Source: Octopus vulgaris (Eukaryota). From it: 124,000 nucleotides of DNA. How positions within the stretch are numbered: the first letter of the stretch is position 1; each line of letters opens with the position of its first letter. A program made the translations under genes and the position numbers. Positions 1-14,186 of the stretch are shown here, piece after piece. The notes under the pieces were generated by a model. The model saw only the letters and a program-made list of their open reading frames with translations, made no database searches and was not told the DNA's origin. The stretch is from NCBI GenBank assembly GCA_951406725.2, contig OX597823.1, positions 26,060,001 through 26,184,000 on the forward strand, written 5' to 3'.

Positions 1-23
1 TGTGCGGAAGAAAAAGGGAAGGA

Positions 24-54
<31 letters not shown>

Positions 55-3000
55 AAAAAAGGGTGTGTGATGAAAAAGAGAGAGTGTGTGTGTGTGGTTG
101 ACATCTATCATTGCTTCTGTAATGTTCTGAATTTAAATATTAATATTAAATATCATTAATTTCTTTGTTTGTAAATACTGATGTATTTTTATTATCAGAT
201 ATTTTTAGATACTCCACACGATATAACACTACAAGTATTTTGTTGTTTTGTTTTTAGCCCTTGGTCAACCCAGGTTAAGCAAATCAATGAATATGATCAG
301 TGCTATTCCTGTCTAGACCACACTCTATTTGTATATCTAGGAATGTTTTTCGCTGTGTTATTCATTTAAAAAAAAATGGATTGTATAATTTTAGCGAGAT
401 TTGGCTGCTATTTGTAGCAGGTCGAGCAACCGATTAAGTATTTCTTCGTTGTCTTGAATTTTCATTTTTTTTTTTTTTTTGTCGAAGCAATGAATCCCTA
501 CATTGGTGTCTTTATAGAAAATAAGGCCAAAATTTATTATTTGAGGTGTTTCCATTCCTCTACTGGTAACTTATAGCCTCATTTTGGAAGTGGATACAGG
601 ATACATGTATTTTGATGGAGTTGGATATTTTTCATATTAATAAATACGTTTATAAGCATTTTTGCCTGTTGCTTATTTTATACATATATATAAATGTCGT
701 TATAGACTGTTGCTGTATTCTTCTGACACACCACAGTTTTACTTTTTTTACCGCGCCTTTGTAGTCCTTGTGGCAAAGCAGAGATCATCCACAGAGTCAA
801 CGTCACGAACAGAGAAAAAGCAACATCCATTTAACGCAAGAAGTCTGTTCAGCTTCCAACATCTAAAATTAGGGCGAACTTTCATGTCGAAAATGAAATT
901 ATTTTCCCTTTACATCTTCGTGTGCGAGTATCTCAACACCGCCCCTTTAAATAATAACAACACCAGCACCAAATAAAAGAACTGTCAGCCCCCCCCCCCC
1001 CACCCGACCCTCATAACATCATAAGTGATAATGAGAGAGCCTTTGTATGGTCACTTGACTTGCTAGAAATAGTAGCCAAAATCGCCCTTAAATTAAACCC
1101 CACCGTCTTAAAAAAGAGAGAATAGATTGAATTATGCAGTTCGAGATTACTGGAGAGGTGGAGGGAATAAAACAAAGAACCGTTATGTCAGATGTCTGAT
1201 CATAGGTCTGCTCAATCACAGCTGACTTAGGGTTAAGCATCATGAAAAAGCTAATGAAACGATAATTATCAAAATAAACAAATATATAAATAGTGGCTGT
1301 GTGGTAGGAAGTCTGCTTCCCAACCACATGGTTTCAGGTCTCACTGCATGGCACCATGGCTGTCTTCTATTTATAGCCCCAGGCTGACCAAGGCTTTGTG
1401 AATGAATTTGACAGACAAAAATCGACAGAAGCCTGTCGTGTGCGCGCACGCGAGTGTGTGTGTATTTATCTGTATTTGTCCACCACTACCACCTGACAAC
1501 CGGTGTTGGTTTGTTTTATGTAACTTAGCAGTTGGGCAAAAGAGACTGATCGAATAAGTATCAGGCATTAAAAAAAAAAAAGTAATGGGGTTGATTTGTT
1601 CGATTAAACCCTTTAAAACGATGCCTCAGCATGACCACAGTCAAGCGTCCGAAACAAGTAAGATTCAAGCAATAAGCAGCACCATTAGCAAATTGGATAG
1701 AATGATTCAAAGCATTTCTTTTGATTCACTGTGCTCAGATCCAATTGAGGAAAACTTTGCCTATCACCTTTTTGGAATATGAACCTAGGGTGATGGACTG
1801 GCACCACAAAAAGGGACACCAGAGAAGATACCTTGTAGCACTTGCTTGTGTTCTAAGTTGAAGCTCAGCCATAGTTTTAGAGTTGTAGATAGTTACCTGG
1901 TTTAACAAGACCACCTGGCAGCATGAGTGCCTTAGCAAAGTTGCAAGTGCACAGGCCAGGTCTTCCTTATCTCCCACCAGTCTCAGAGGCCTCATAAAAG
2001 CGTCATGAGCCATTACCTTACCCCATGACTAACAGTCAATATAAAAAAATGTTTAAATCTCTTACTATCCCAACCACATTTAGCAACTTGCTTGAAACCA
2101 TCCAGGTTCTATGATACAAATTTCATGTTTTTAATTGATCTAAATTTAAACCTTCACTCAAAATTTCATGTTAATTCAAGTTTCAAACACTAACTTAAGT
2201 CATTTTACTAAATTCTTCATTATTTTGATAATTGATTGAAACAGGGACAGTGTACTTCAATAGAAATATGGTACCAAAAGAGTTAACATTTGCAACTCCA
2301 GATATTGCATATTATATAAATTGTAACACACAACCATTCATTTCTACCACAGGCACAAAACCAGGTATTTTAGTGGGAGAAAGGACTTGATTGGTATTTT
2401 ATTTTATCAACCCTCAATGGTTTCTGATTTTGACATAAGGCCAATAATTTAGAGGGCAAGGGATTAGTCAAAACCACAGACCCCACAACTTGATAGGTAC
2501 ATTATTTTATTAACCCTGGTATCTCTTCTGATTCTTTATGTTCTGAGATCAAGTCCTGCTAAAGTCAATTTTGTCTTCCATCCTTTTGGCAGTCAATGAA
2601 ATAAAGTATCGATCAAGCATTGCCTTATTATTATTATTATGAAGCTTCTCATTTTAAATTATCTTATTGCCAGTTTTTATAAAATTAATTATAGTAAGTA
2701 ATGTTATATAGATATATTAAAATATTCAGCTTCTGTACATTTTTAGGCATTTCTTAAAGTAGTATTATAAGAATTCCTTTCATTACAACTGTCATTTATA
2801 AACATTAGCAGAACTCTGCTTCTGTGTTGTAAGCAGAAAGAAAGGCCATGTGTGTCAGACAAGATATGTGTAATGTATCCATCAAGATAGAGCACTTCTT
2901 TCCTTTTAGCTTTATATTTAGTCACCATCATCCTTTTAATGTCCACTTTTCCATGCTTGCATGGGTTTGATAGAATTTAAGGTAGATTTGTTAAGGCCAG

Positions 3001-4339
3001 ATACTCTTCCTGTCACCAAGCCATACCTGTTTCCAAGCAAGGTAATATTTCTCAATGGCTAGACATGTTTTCTCAGAATATTGGAAACAACCATTCATTT
3101 ACAACAATCACAAGTAAAAACACAAACACACACACACGACAGGCTGCTTTCAATTTCTGACTACCAAATCCACTCACAAGACTTTGGTGGGCTCAGGACT
3201 ATAGAAGACATTTTGCCCAAGGTGCCATGCAGTGGAACTGAACTAGTAATGTGGTTAGGGAGCAAGCTTCTTAACCACATAGCCATATCTGCACATACAT
3301 GTATGTATACATGCATGTAAACACACACAATTACACAAGTATACCTGTGTCACAAATATAAGTTTCATTAATTACAAAGAATGGTGGGTGCACCTTTCAA
3401 AATGACAGACAAAACCAATGATAAATTGTACTGAGTTTGTATTTAATAGCAAAAGGCTGAGACCAATAATTCATAAACGTGATTGTGCTATATAAGCACA
3501 TCACTTCTCCTGGTCCACCGAATGGCTGCCACTACTAGCAAACACATGTACCATTGACTTATTTTAATCAATCTTAACTATAAAAGGATAGTAAAAACAT
3601 AAATGGGATTATAAATAATTTCATTATCAAAAACTTGTTCTTGAAATACTTTCATAACTGGAATTTGTTGGGTTTTTTTTTAACACACACACACATATTG
3701 ATGAATTTATTTTTGAAATAACATGACAAACAAGCAATATCAGAAGTGCATGGCATTTCCAAAGGCATCAACTGTTGAGTTAAACTGTTGATAATGCATT
3801 TGATCAAACAATTAATGCTACAAAAACAACATTTTAACCCATATTTTCAGATTGTATTCAACTCCACAACTTTTATCCTTATTAGTTATTTTATAAATTT
3901 AATTTTGACATTTAATAACGAAAATATTTAAAGAATGGAAGTGTTCAATAATGAAATTATATTCTCAGTTATGTCTTTGATATTATCCTCTGAGTCTGAA
4001 GACAGTAAACTGATGGAACCAGTATTTGCTAGTAGTGCCAAACAATTTAATGATAATCATAAAAATGTAATTTAAAATGATAATATATTTCCAAAAATAA
4101 ATATTACCTTTGAATGATTTACATGTAATTATCATTATTCCAGAATTCCTTTCACTCACTCTTTCCTCCTGTTTGCCAGTGACAGAAGAGTGAGAAACAC
4201 CTCATCCTTCAACTCACTTTCATTTTACTAGTCATTCATTCTCTATTCATTGTTTGATACAGTATCCTCATCCCCCTCTCTCCCTCCCAATTTAATGAGA
4301 TAGCATATAAAAACATCACAGTCATTATTTTATATATGT

Positions 4340-5420
4340 ACACCATGTGGCTTGGGTTTGCAAGCAAAGATTTATAGAGGAGACTGTCCATGTCTGTTAG
4401 AAGCTTGCTGATGCATAAAAAGTCTGATTCAAGACAAACAAGCACAACTGCAGAAACTGCATGGCTGATTAGGACTGGTTGTGGTGTCCTTGCTTTCTTT
4501 CTCTTTTTTCTTGTCTGCAAGAATAGTCCTGCAGGTGTCTTCAAAGGAGCTGTTGCCCAGTGGACAATGAGATGCCAGATTTCACAGTCAGCAGCAAGAA
4601 CAGACCTCTGGTGGTAATCTATGTAGTCAGCACCAAGCAATTTCTTTAGGGAGCCCTTGTACCGCTTCTTTAGTATGCCTTTATCAGTGACCAGAGCTGA
4701 GTTCACCATACAGTGTAATCTTGGGAAGTCAATGACTCCCCATCCTGGTAGTATGTCCTGTCCAACGTAGCAGAGTTGTTTCAATGCTAGTGACCTTCAC
4801 CTGCTCTTGGACCAAGACATTAGTGGCATAAAATGATGCCAGGGTAGTTGCAATGGAATCACTCAAGTTGAAGGTGGTGCTCATAGATGATCCATGACTC
4901 TGAGCCATAGAAGAGAGTGGTCAGAAAGACAGCTCTGTATATACTAATCTTAGTCCCCTTCTTCAAATGGTTATTGTTCAGACTCTTTTGTACAATCTGC
5001 CAAATGCGTTGGTTGCCTTGGCCAGTCTGTTATTAACCTCCTTGTCAATTTCAGCATCTGATAAGATAGTGCACCCTAGGTAGGTGAACTGCTTGGCTGT
5101 CTTTAGTCCAGTCTCCCTGATGGTGATGTGAGGGACATGGTATTCTTGCTGTTGTGCTGGTTGATGCAGGACTTCTGTTATCTTTAAACTGATTTCTAGG
5201 CCAAAATGCTGGGTAGCTTCTGCAAGTCAAGGAGAGGCATCTTGCAGAGCTGTGTCTAGATGGGTAACAAGAATAGCATCTGCAAAAGAGTAATTCATGG
5301 AGTTGCTCCAGTGTTTTCATGTGAACTTGCAGGCACCTCAGATTGAAAAGGCTGCCATCAGTATGCTACCAAGTGTAGATGCCATCTTCTTCATCAAGGT
5401 CTTCAGTGGCTAGCTGCAGC
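4340..5420 (-). mobile_element. RTE/BovB-like LINE 3' fragment
   Basis: QFTYLGCTILSDAEIDKEVNNRLAKATNAFGRL and KRYKGSLKK..LAADCEIW, with frameshifts. Confidence 0.8.
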
Positions 5421-6260
5421 ATCATACATATAGACGTATAGATTTTATGATCTATGGATCCTCTTCCATCAGTTTCAGCAGTGAGTATTCCAGTTGTTAG
5501 ATCACTTACATTACCTACTCATTCAATTAAGCACCTGAGCATTTCACACACTTGTACCTTTTGATGTAATTCTCAGACAAATAAGTATGATATAGCATAT
5601 GGTAAGGATACCCTTATAGTAAATTATAGGTGCAACCTATCCATTTGGCTTCCACATAGTTTCTAATACCCAATTTCATTCACAAGAGACAAAAAATAAA
5701 TCAACTCCACTTGTTTAAAAAAAAAAAAAAAATTCCATGTATGATTAGATGGATATCAGAGTATATCCACCTCAAGAATATAATAGCATTAGCAGAATTC
5801 AGAGCTTTGGAAAGGACAGGTGTAGTAATCAAGAGGTAAGAAAACAATGTCAAACAGTGAATTTTCATTTGACAAAATGAAGAAAACTATTACAGTATAC
5901 ATGTAAATACATAACATACTCCTATACAAAAGCACCACAGCTGTATGAAGAAAATTTAAATATGTTTTTACAAATCACGATCACCATTGATTCACATCCA
6001 TGTTTCACACAGGCATGCATTGGATAGTTTGACAGGGTCTCGTGGTTCCAAGTGGTCCCATGTCTGCTTTGGCATGATCTCTATGGCTGAATGCTCTTCC
6101 TAATGCCTTTCACTTCACAGCATATACAAGGTGCTTTTTCATGGCACCAACATTAGTAAGGTCACCATGCTACTTACAGGACTATGAATCCGAAGGTGGG
6201 TGGCTTTATGCTAGGAGATGAGGGGTAAAAGTCTGTGTTAGGCGATGTTCTCTTTCTTTC

Positions 6261-6291
<31 letters not shown>

Positions 6292-9200
6292 TTAGTGGAG
6301 TATTCTGTGTAGTGTTAGGTGGGGATTCTCTCTACTATTTAGTGGAGTTTTGTGTCTCTAGCATTCGCGGGGTGTATTCTGTGTAGCTTTCAGGATCTGA
6401 TGGGTATTCTCTAAAGTGTTTAGTCGGGTATTGTCTGTGTTAGGCTGGTAATGTTCTCTCTGTAGTGTTTAGTCGGGTATTGTCTGTTTTAGGCTGTTTT
6501 GATGTAGAAGAACTACATGACTATTCAAATATTAGAAGAGAGGGTGGAAGGTGATCAGGTGGAGCTGGAAAGCAATAAAAATGGTGGCAATAGGGCATTA
6601 AACATTAAAAAAATATAACCTTGGTAATTAAGAACTTAGTTGATCACAAATATAATTAAACTCCAATATTATCACAATGCAGTAAATCCAGGTGGAACAA
6701 ACTTGCATGTAATAAAAAGCAAAAAAACATAAATCTAACAGAATTCATAATTTGAATGTGCTTTACGGTTGTTTTAGTGGAATAAAATATGTCATTATCA
6801 ATCATCATCATCATTTAATGTCCTCGCTTCGTGCTGGCATGGAATGGATGGCTTGACAGGATCTGACAGGGTCCAAAGACTACATTGTGTCCCCCGCTGT
6901 CTACTTTGGCATAGTTTCTATGGTTAGATGCCCTTCCTAACAACAGCCACTTTACAGCATGAACTGGGTGCTTTTTACATACCACTTGCACTAGTGCAGC
7001 TTGCAAACCTATGAACCCCAAGAGAGATGGTTTCATGCTAAGATTAAAGTACAAGAGTAGGGTCCCGGGGGGGGGGGGGTAGAACAGGTTTCTCACTGTA
7101 GAGGGGCCACATGGCAACTCACATTTCAGAGAGGGTGGGAGGTGATTGGGGTGGAATGAAGAAGAGATAAAAATAGTAGTAATGAAGCATTGGTGAATAC
7201 AAGAAGGGTACAAGGTGAGTAGAAGAAGTACAAACAAAAGGATTGGGAACGTGGGCAGGGAAAGGTTGTATGAGTGTATGGGAGAGTGAGAGATGGGGTA
7301 TGGGTAAGGAGGTGAGTAAAGAGAAAGAAGAACAAGTGTTGATAAGGTAGATGAGTAGGAGACAACTGTAGAGAAGGGGTAAAGTTGTGAGGTGGATGTA
7401 GTGAATGTTGGATAAGGGGTAGGAAGATGACCAATGATTATGGGGTGAAGAGAAACAGAATAGTAGTGATTATACAGTAAATGGGGGGGGTGAGATAGAG
7501 ATTGAGTTGGGTAGGTTGTATGAGTGGGTAGGAGGCAAGTATAGTGTATGGAAAGTGCAAGAAACAAATGGTGATGAAGGTGAGATGATTTGGTGGAACA
7601 GGGGGTGGGAGGTTAATATAAAGTGTGGATGGAGAGGACTATTAAGGATGAGGGGCTGGATATCAAGTAAAATGGTTCCAGGGTAGTGAGAAGGATTATT
7701 TGTACATAGTTGTATATATCATTATTTAACGTCCATTTTCCATGGCTGGATGGACTGACAGGGTCAACAAGCTGCAAGACTGCATCAAACTTCAGCTTCT
7801 AGGGCTCGATGCCCTTCCAAATAATACCAACCACTTTACAGCATGTACTGGGCTGCTTTTTCTTTTTCTTTTTTTTTTTTGTATCACTGACATTAATAAG
7901 GTCACCAGGTGACTTGCAATAGAGGAAAGTATAATAGAGGGAAAAGAAAAGAGAGAAAAAGAAAATACCCTTGAATAAGTTGGAAGGAAGAATATTAGGA
8001 TGAGGTGTAAGAGAAGTGTTGAGGTTTAAAAAGTATGGCAGAGGATAGCCCAGGTGTCTTGCAATAGACTACATACATGGATACTCTACATTATATGAGG
8101 GTGGGAATAGCTGGAAAGAGATGATGGTGATTAGATGCCAGAGTGTCTCAAGGTGATGTAAGAGAAGAGGAGATGGTCAGAAACATGGGTAGTGGGGAAA
8201 AACTGGAAATGCAGTTTGGTAAATATCAGTATTGGAGAAGGAGTAAAGTAAGAGGGATAGAAGTGGCTCAGGAAGGAGAGCAGATTGAAAAATAGGGGGA
8301 AGATGTACAAAGAGTGGTGGAAAAAGAGGTGCAGAGATACAAAGAGGGACTATAGTAAGTGGGCTGTGAAGAAAGTGTTGGGAATGATAGCATATATGAG
8401 AGGGAGATGGCTGAAGATACACAAAAGAGGTAGTGATCAATAGAAACAATGCAGGAGGAGAGGATAATGAAAATGAGGAATGGAAGAGGTCCTAGGGTGG
8501 GATGGAGGAAACTGGAAGTAGAGTTGTAACATGTACAGATTCTGCTCTCAAGTGATTACAGCAGCTGGCATTATCATAGGTAGAGAGCAGTAATGTGTGT
8601 TATATTTGGGAGAACGCTTGACAAGAAAGGCCTTGCACATACAAGCACAACCAAGGTGGTTTTAGGACATTGTTTTTGCATTGATAGATGGGTCTTCTCA
8701 AGCACAATCAATTGCCAATCATCTCGGTCCATATATATGCATTTCATACGTACACACACACATATATATAACAACCAGTGTTGGTTTGTTTGCATACTCT
8801 TAATAGAAACTCAGAGGTCTGGCAAAAGAGAGAGAATAAGTGCCAGGAATAAAAAGTAAGCACTGGGGTCAATTTGTTTGACTAGACCCTTCAAGGTGGT
8901 GCCTCAGCATGACTGTAGTCTAATGGCTGAGACAAGTAAAAGATAAAAGACACATATGCATGTGTGTACTCACACACTATCATCATCATCATTTAATGTC
9001 TGTTTCCCATGCTGGCATGTGTCAGATGGTTTGAGTGGAACTGGTAAGTCGGAGAACTGCACCCGGTCCCAATCTGATTTGACATGGATTCTACAGCTGG
9101 ACGCCAACCATTCCAAGTGTGTAATGGGTGCTTTTTATGTGCCGCCAGCATGAGTGCCATTTGCATAACACTAGCAACAGCCACGACTATGATTTCATGG

Positions 9201-9905
9201 GTGACCTTTACACGGCACTGGCAACAGCCATGACTACGGTTTCACTTGGCTCGACGAGTCTTCTCAAGCACAGTATATCGCCAAAGGTGTTGGTCAGTGC
9301 TTAACATACTCTAATTTGACCATGCAAACATAGAAATGTGGACATTATAATATATATGTAAATATATGTGTGTGTGTTATTTCACTTAAGGATTGATTGC
9401 AACACTAATAAGCTGGCATTAGAATTCAATATACGTATCCTTCAGAAAAAAGCATCAGTTGAGTACAGATCAGTAATAAGAGATTAAATATAAGACAAGC
9501 TGTTTCTGCTGTAAGATACAATGCACTCATAGTTGAATGCTTGTGCCTCAACCTATACTTTTTTAATGGTAAAGCTTTTCCTATATGTGTGTATGTGTCT
9601 GTGTATTTTTTTATTCTTTTACATGTTCCAGTTATTTGATGGCAGCACCACCCTGAAGTGTTTTAGTCAAACAAATCACCCCACCCCCCAGGACTTATTT
9701 TTAAAGTCTAGTACTTATTCTATCAGTCACTTTTACCAAACCACTAAGTTACAGGGACGCAAATACACCAACACTAGTTTTGTCAAGCAGAGATGGGGAG
9801 GGGAACACTGACACACAGAGATTATATACATAGATATGTATATATAAAAATACAATGGCCTTCTTTCAGTTTCCGTCTACCAAATTCACCCACAAGACTT
9901 TGGTT

Positions 9906-10254
9906 GACCTGAGGCTATCGTACAAGACACTTACCTAACAATGGGATTGAACCCAGAACTATGTGGTTGGGAAGCAAGTTTCTTACCACACAGCCACTAT
10001 ATATCGTTGCCAGCACCACCAGACCTGAGGCTATCGTACAAGACACTTACCTAACAATGGGATTGAACCCAGAACTATGTGGTTGGGAAGCAAGTTTCTT
10101 ACCACACAGCCACTATATATCGTTGCCAGCACCACCAGACCTGAGGCTATCGTACAAGACACTTACCTAACAATGGGATTGAACCCAGAACCATGTGGTT
10201 GGGAAGCAAGTTTCTTACCACACAGCCACTATATATCGTTGCCAGCACCACCAG
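9906..10254. repeat. 116-bp tandem triplication
   Basis: Units at 9906, 10022 and 10138 are nearly identical. Confidence 0.9.
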
Positions 10255-13200
10255 ACTGGCTCCCATGCAGGTAGCACGAAAAAAACACCTTTTGAGCGTG
10301 GTTGTTGCCAGAACCGCCTGACTGGCCCTCGTGCCAGTGGCATGTAAAAGCACCCACTACACCCTCAGAGTGGTTGGCGTTACGAAGGGCATCCAGCTGT
10401 AGAAACTTTGCCAGATCAGATTGGAGCCTGGTGCAGCCTTCTGGTTCGCTAGTCCTCAGTCAAACCGTCCAACCCATGCCAGCATGGAAAGCGGACGTTA
10501 AACGACGACGATGATGATATATATATATAAATGCTTTCCCAAATAAGATTGCACTTCATTTTTGAAGCTCTGATGAAGCCATAGGGTGATACACAAGTAT
10601 TCAACTATGAATGCATTGCATCTTGGAGCAGCAACAAGTATAAGCTAGTGAAGTTCATTACATAATTTTCTTCTTCTCTGTTATTTAATTTCTCATATAT
10701 CATCATCATCACTTAACATCTGTTGTCCATGCTTGCATGGGTTGGATGGTTTTAACCAGGGCTGATAAGCTGAGGAGCTGCACCAGACTCCAGTCTGATT
10801 TGGCATGGTTTCTACACCTGGATGCCTTTCTTAACACCAACCACTCCGAGAGTGTACTTTCATGTGCCAGTCGCATGATACCAGTATCTGCCATAACTTC
10901 GATTTCACTTCGTTTGATGGGTCTTCTCAAGCACAGCATATTGCCAAGGGTCTCGGTCATTAGTCACGGCTTCTGTGAAGCTCAACGCTCTTGCCAATAA
11001 TAGACAAAACCAACCTAGTTATCTAGGTTACATGTATTGCCTGGTGGTTAAGAAGCTCAACTTACAATCGTGTAGTTTCAGGTTCAGTCCCATAGCATAG
11101 CTGTTTGGGGAGGTATATACTTCAACCCTTTAGCATTTTAACCAACCATATCTGGCCAAAATATTCTACTTGTTTTATGTTCAAACTGACCAGATCTAGC
11201 CTCTAACACCTACCTACCCTACAATGCCATTGTAAAAATAAGCAGTCACATCATAATCTTGAAGGTGCAATTATAATGCAGGATTAATTCAAATAATGTG
11301 GATTAATAAATATTACATTTGATAGAATAATCTGAATGCTAAAGGGTTAACCTGGGCCAAACAAAGCTTTGTGAATGAAATTGGTATAGAAATCATAGGG
11401 AGCTTGTTTGTGCGTGAGTACACGCTTGTTGATATACCATACTTGTCAGTACTTAGTGGTGATGTTGATGACATGTCTGGTCACTGTACATTCAAGGACT
11501 TCGGGGGGGGGGGGACTTTCACTTTAAAAAAAACATGCTGGTGAAGAAAAGGCAACTGACACTGAAATGCAACTCTTCACAAGTTTCCACCTATTCTATG
11601 CCAGCATGGAAAAATGGAGACAAAACAGATGTATGTCTACACACAAGCATATACAAGGATATACATATCATTTCAACTTCTACTTTCCTATGCTTGTATG
11701 GGTTTGCTGTTTGTTGAAGCAGATTTTCTATGCCCAAATACTCTTTCTGTCACAATCTTCCAACTGCTTCCAAGCCTTGTAATATTTCTCTTAGTTGTTC
11801 AAACATGAACATTACAATGGGTCGACGTGTTTTCAAAGAGGATTGTAAAAAAATTACAACACTTGTATAAGAGTGAAGCTTGTTGAAAACTGTTGCTCAA
11901 TGTCAAGGCAAGGGGATGCAAACACCTCTTTCAATGTCCATCTACCAAATTCGCTGAAGCCACTGGTCAACATGAGGTTGTAACAGAAGACACTTTTTCA
12001 AAGTACTGCATAGTAGGACTGAACTCAAAACCACATGGTCGGAAAGCAAGCTGATTATCTACCCAGCAATAAATATATGCACACTTATATACACATATAC
12101 ATGCTATGTAGTAGGGATAATATGGTTATATGTTTAAGAAGTTTGATCTGCAATCATGAGATCATGGTTATACATAACATCTTGGATCATTTTCTAGAGC
12201 CTCAAAATTGACCCATAATTTCTAAGTGAAATTGGTAGCTAGATTAGCCTTGTCTCTGACTCTATATTTAACAAATTAAGAATTCCATATTTAACATATT
12301 AAGTTTCAATATATTATTATTCATTAAAATAACTGTAAATGGAATGAATTTGCAGAGAGATAAGTTGACAAGAAAATGTTTGAGTTTGATATAGGTGCAG
12401 ACTAGCTTGTATGGTGAAGTTTGCTATCCATTATAAGTCACTATGGGCAAGTGTCTTCTACTATAGCCACAGGCTAACCAAAGCCTTGTGAGTGGATCTG
12501 ATAGATCGAAAGTCAAAGAAAACTGTCGTGTGTATGTCGTGTGTTCGCAGGAGTGAGTGAGTTCATATTTCCCTCGTCTTCATTGGTTGTAAACAATGTC
12601 CTTGCAAGCAGTGTCGTTTGTTTGCAGTTCTCTGCATAACTATGTTAAAGCAACATGTCTATTGCTCGATAGTCTGGAAGATTATTATCACACTTGAAAA
12701 CAGGTGGGAATTGGTGTGAGGAAGGGCATCTAGCCGTAGAAAATTCTGCTCTTACCAGGTCCATGCAAGAATGGAAAAGTAGATGTTAAATAATGATAAT
12801 AGACTACATACACAGATACAAATATCTATGCATATGCAGACCAACAGATACAGTCGTTCACGCATAAATCATCATACACAGACATATATTACATATATAT
12901 ATACACACACACACACAATTATATATCTATATATACACACAATTATATATCTATATATACACACATTTTTATATCTGTGTCTGTCTATTATCTAGCTATC
13001 TACACAAAGACTCTAATATATATGCACACACATACTCAGACATGTCCATATACACTAACACAATTCTCTCTCTCATACTATGTAATATAAACATACATAT
13101 GTATGTATGAATTAGAGTTATTGTTGCTCAATTAATTAGCCACTGCCAATTAATAGTGTCACTGAACAAGAAATTGAAGGTAGCGACGGTGAAGATGAAG

Positions 13201-14154
13201 GCATTAAACAGTAAACGATGCTGTGTGAATAATTTCAGCAGCAAATCATCTCTAGCTTGAACAACAATTACTTCTGCTACTACAACTTGAACAAAGCATG
13301 AACATCACTTTATCTCACTTCTACAAATACTAGAGCTGAGTAAGGCATGAATATCACCTCATCTCAACCCTACTTAACTGTAGATACGAGCTCAACAAAC
13401 GCCTGTATTACGTACGAGTATGGACATCGTATAATCTAATTTATCAGTCTTAGAAACCTGTGGCCTTGAGCTTACATGTTGCAAAGAAAGAAATCATCAT
13501 CATTATTATTGTTGTTGTTGTTGTTGTTACTATCACAGACAATAGCCATTATTTACTATTAAAATTATTCTTGTTACACTCTTGCCATTGTTGCTGTTGC
13601 AGCTACTATATACTAAGAAACCAAAGAGGTCTCTATGTTAGTAGTTCGACATGCTAGAAATAGTAGCCAACTTTTTTTATCAACTCACACCATATCTTAA
13701 AAAGGGGAGGATATACTAATGCCTAAAAAATACGAGATCATAGACTTGATCGATGAGATTTACCTGGGGTAATAATGCTTACAATAATATATTATTAGTA
13801 GCCATGTTATATTATTGTGAAACAAGTTACTACTACATTAGAGTAAGCGTTATTACATCTATTATTAACTATTTTGGGAAGAAAAACAACAAACATGTAT
13901 TCTATTTTTCATATAATTATTACTGCATAAACCCCATAACGTTTTGTAATTTATCCTTGTAATTTCAGAGGTTCACTTCGCCGTTTATCCTTCTAGGGTC
14001 GATAAAATAAAGTACCAGTCAAGTACTGGAGTCGATAGTATAGGCTAATCCCTAATTAGCTCTCTTCTGGCCTTATATCTAAATTAGAAACCAATATCTT
14101 CTAGTGTAAGTCATTCTGATAAAGGAAATCTATTGTTGTTGTATGTTAAAAACG

Positions 14155-14186
<32 letters not shown>

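Noticed and set aside
6815-7567. 250-aa Leu/Ser/Pro-rich ORF and similar ORFs at 58427 and 106453-107120
   Set aside because: Translations of low-complexity purine/pyrimidine or trinucleotide tracts.
9906-10254. Regular direct repeats as a possible CRISPR array
   Set aside because: No unique spacers, eukaryotic context, no cas genes. Simple tandem duplication.
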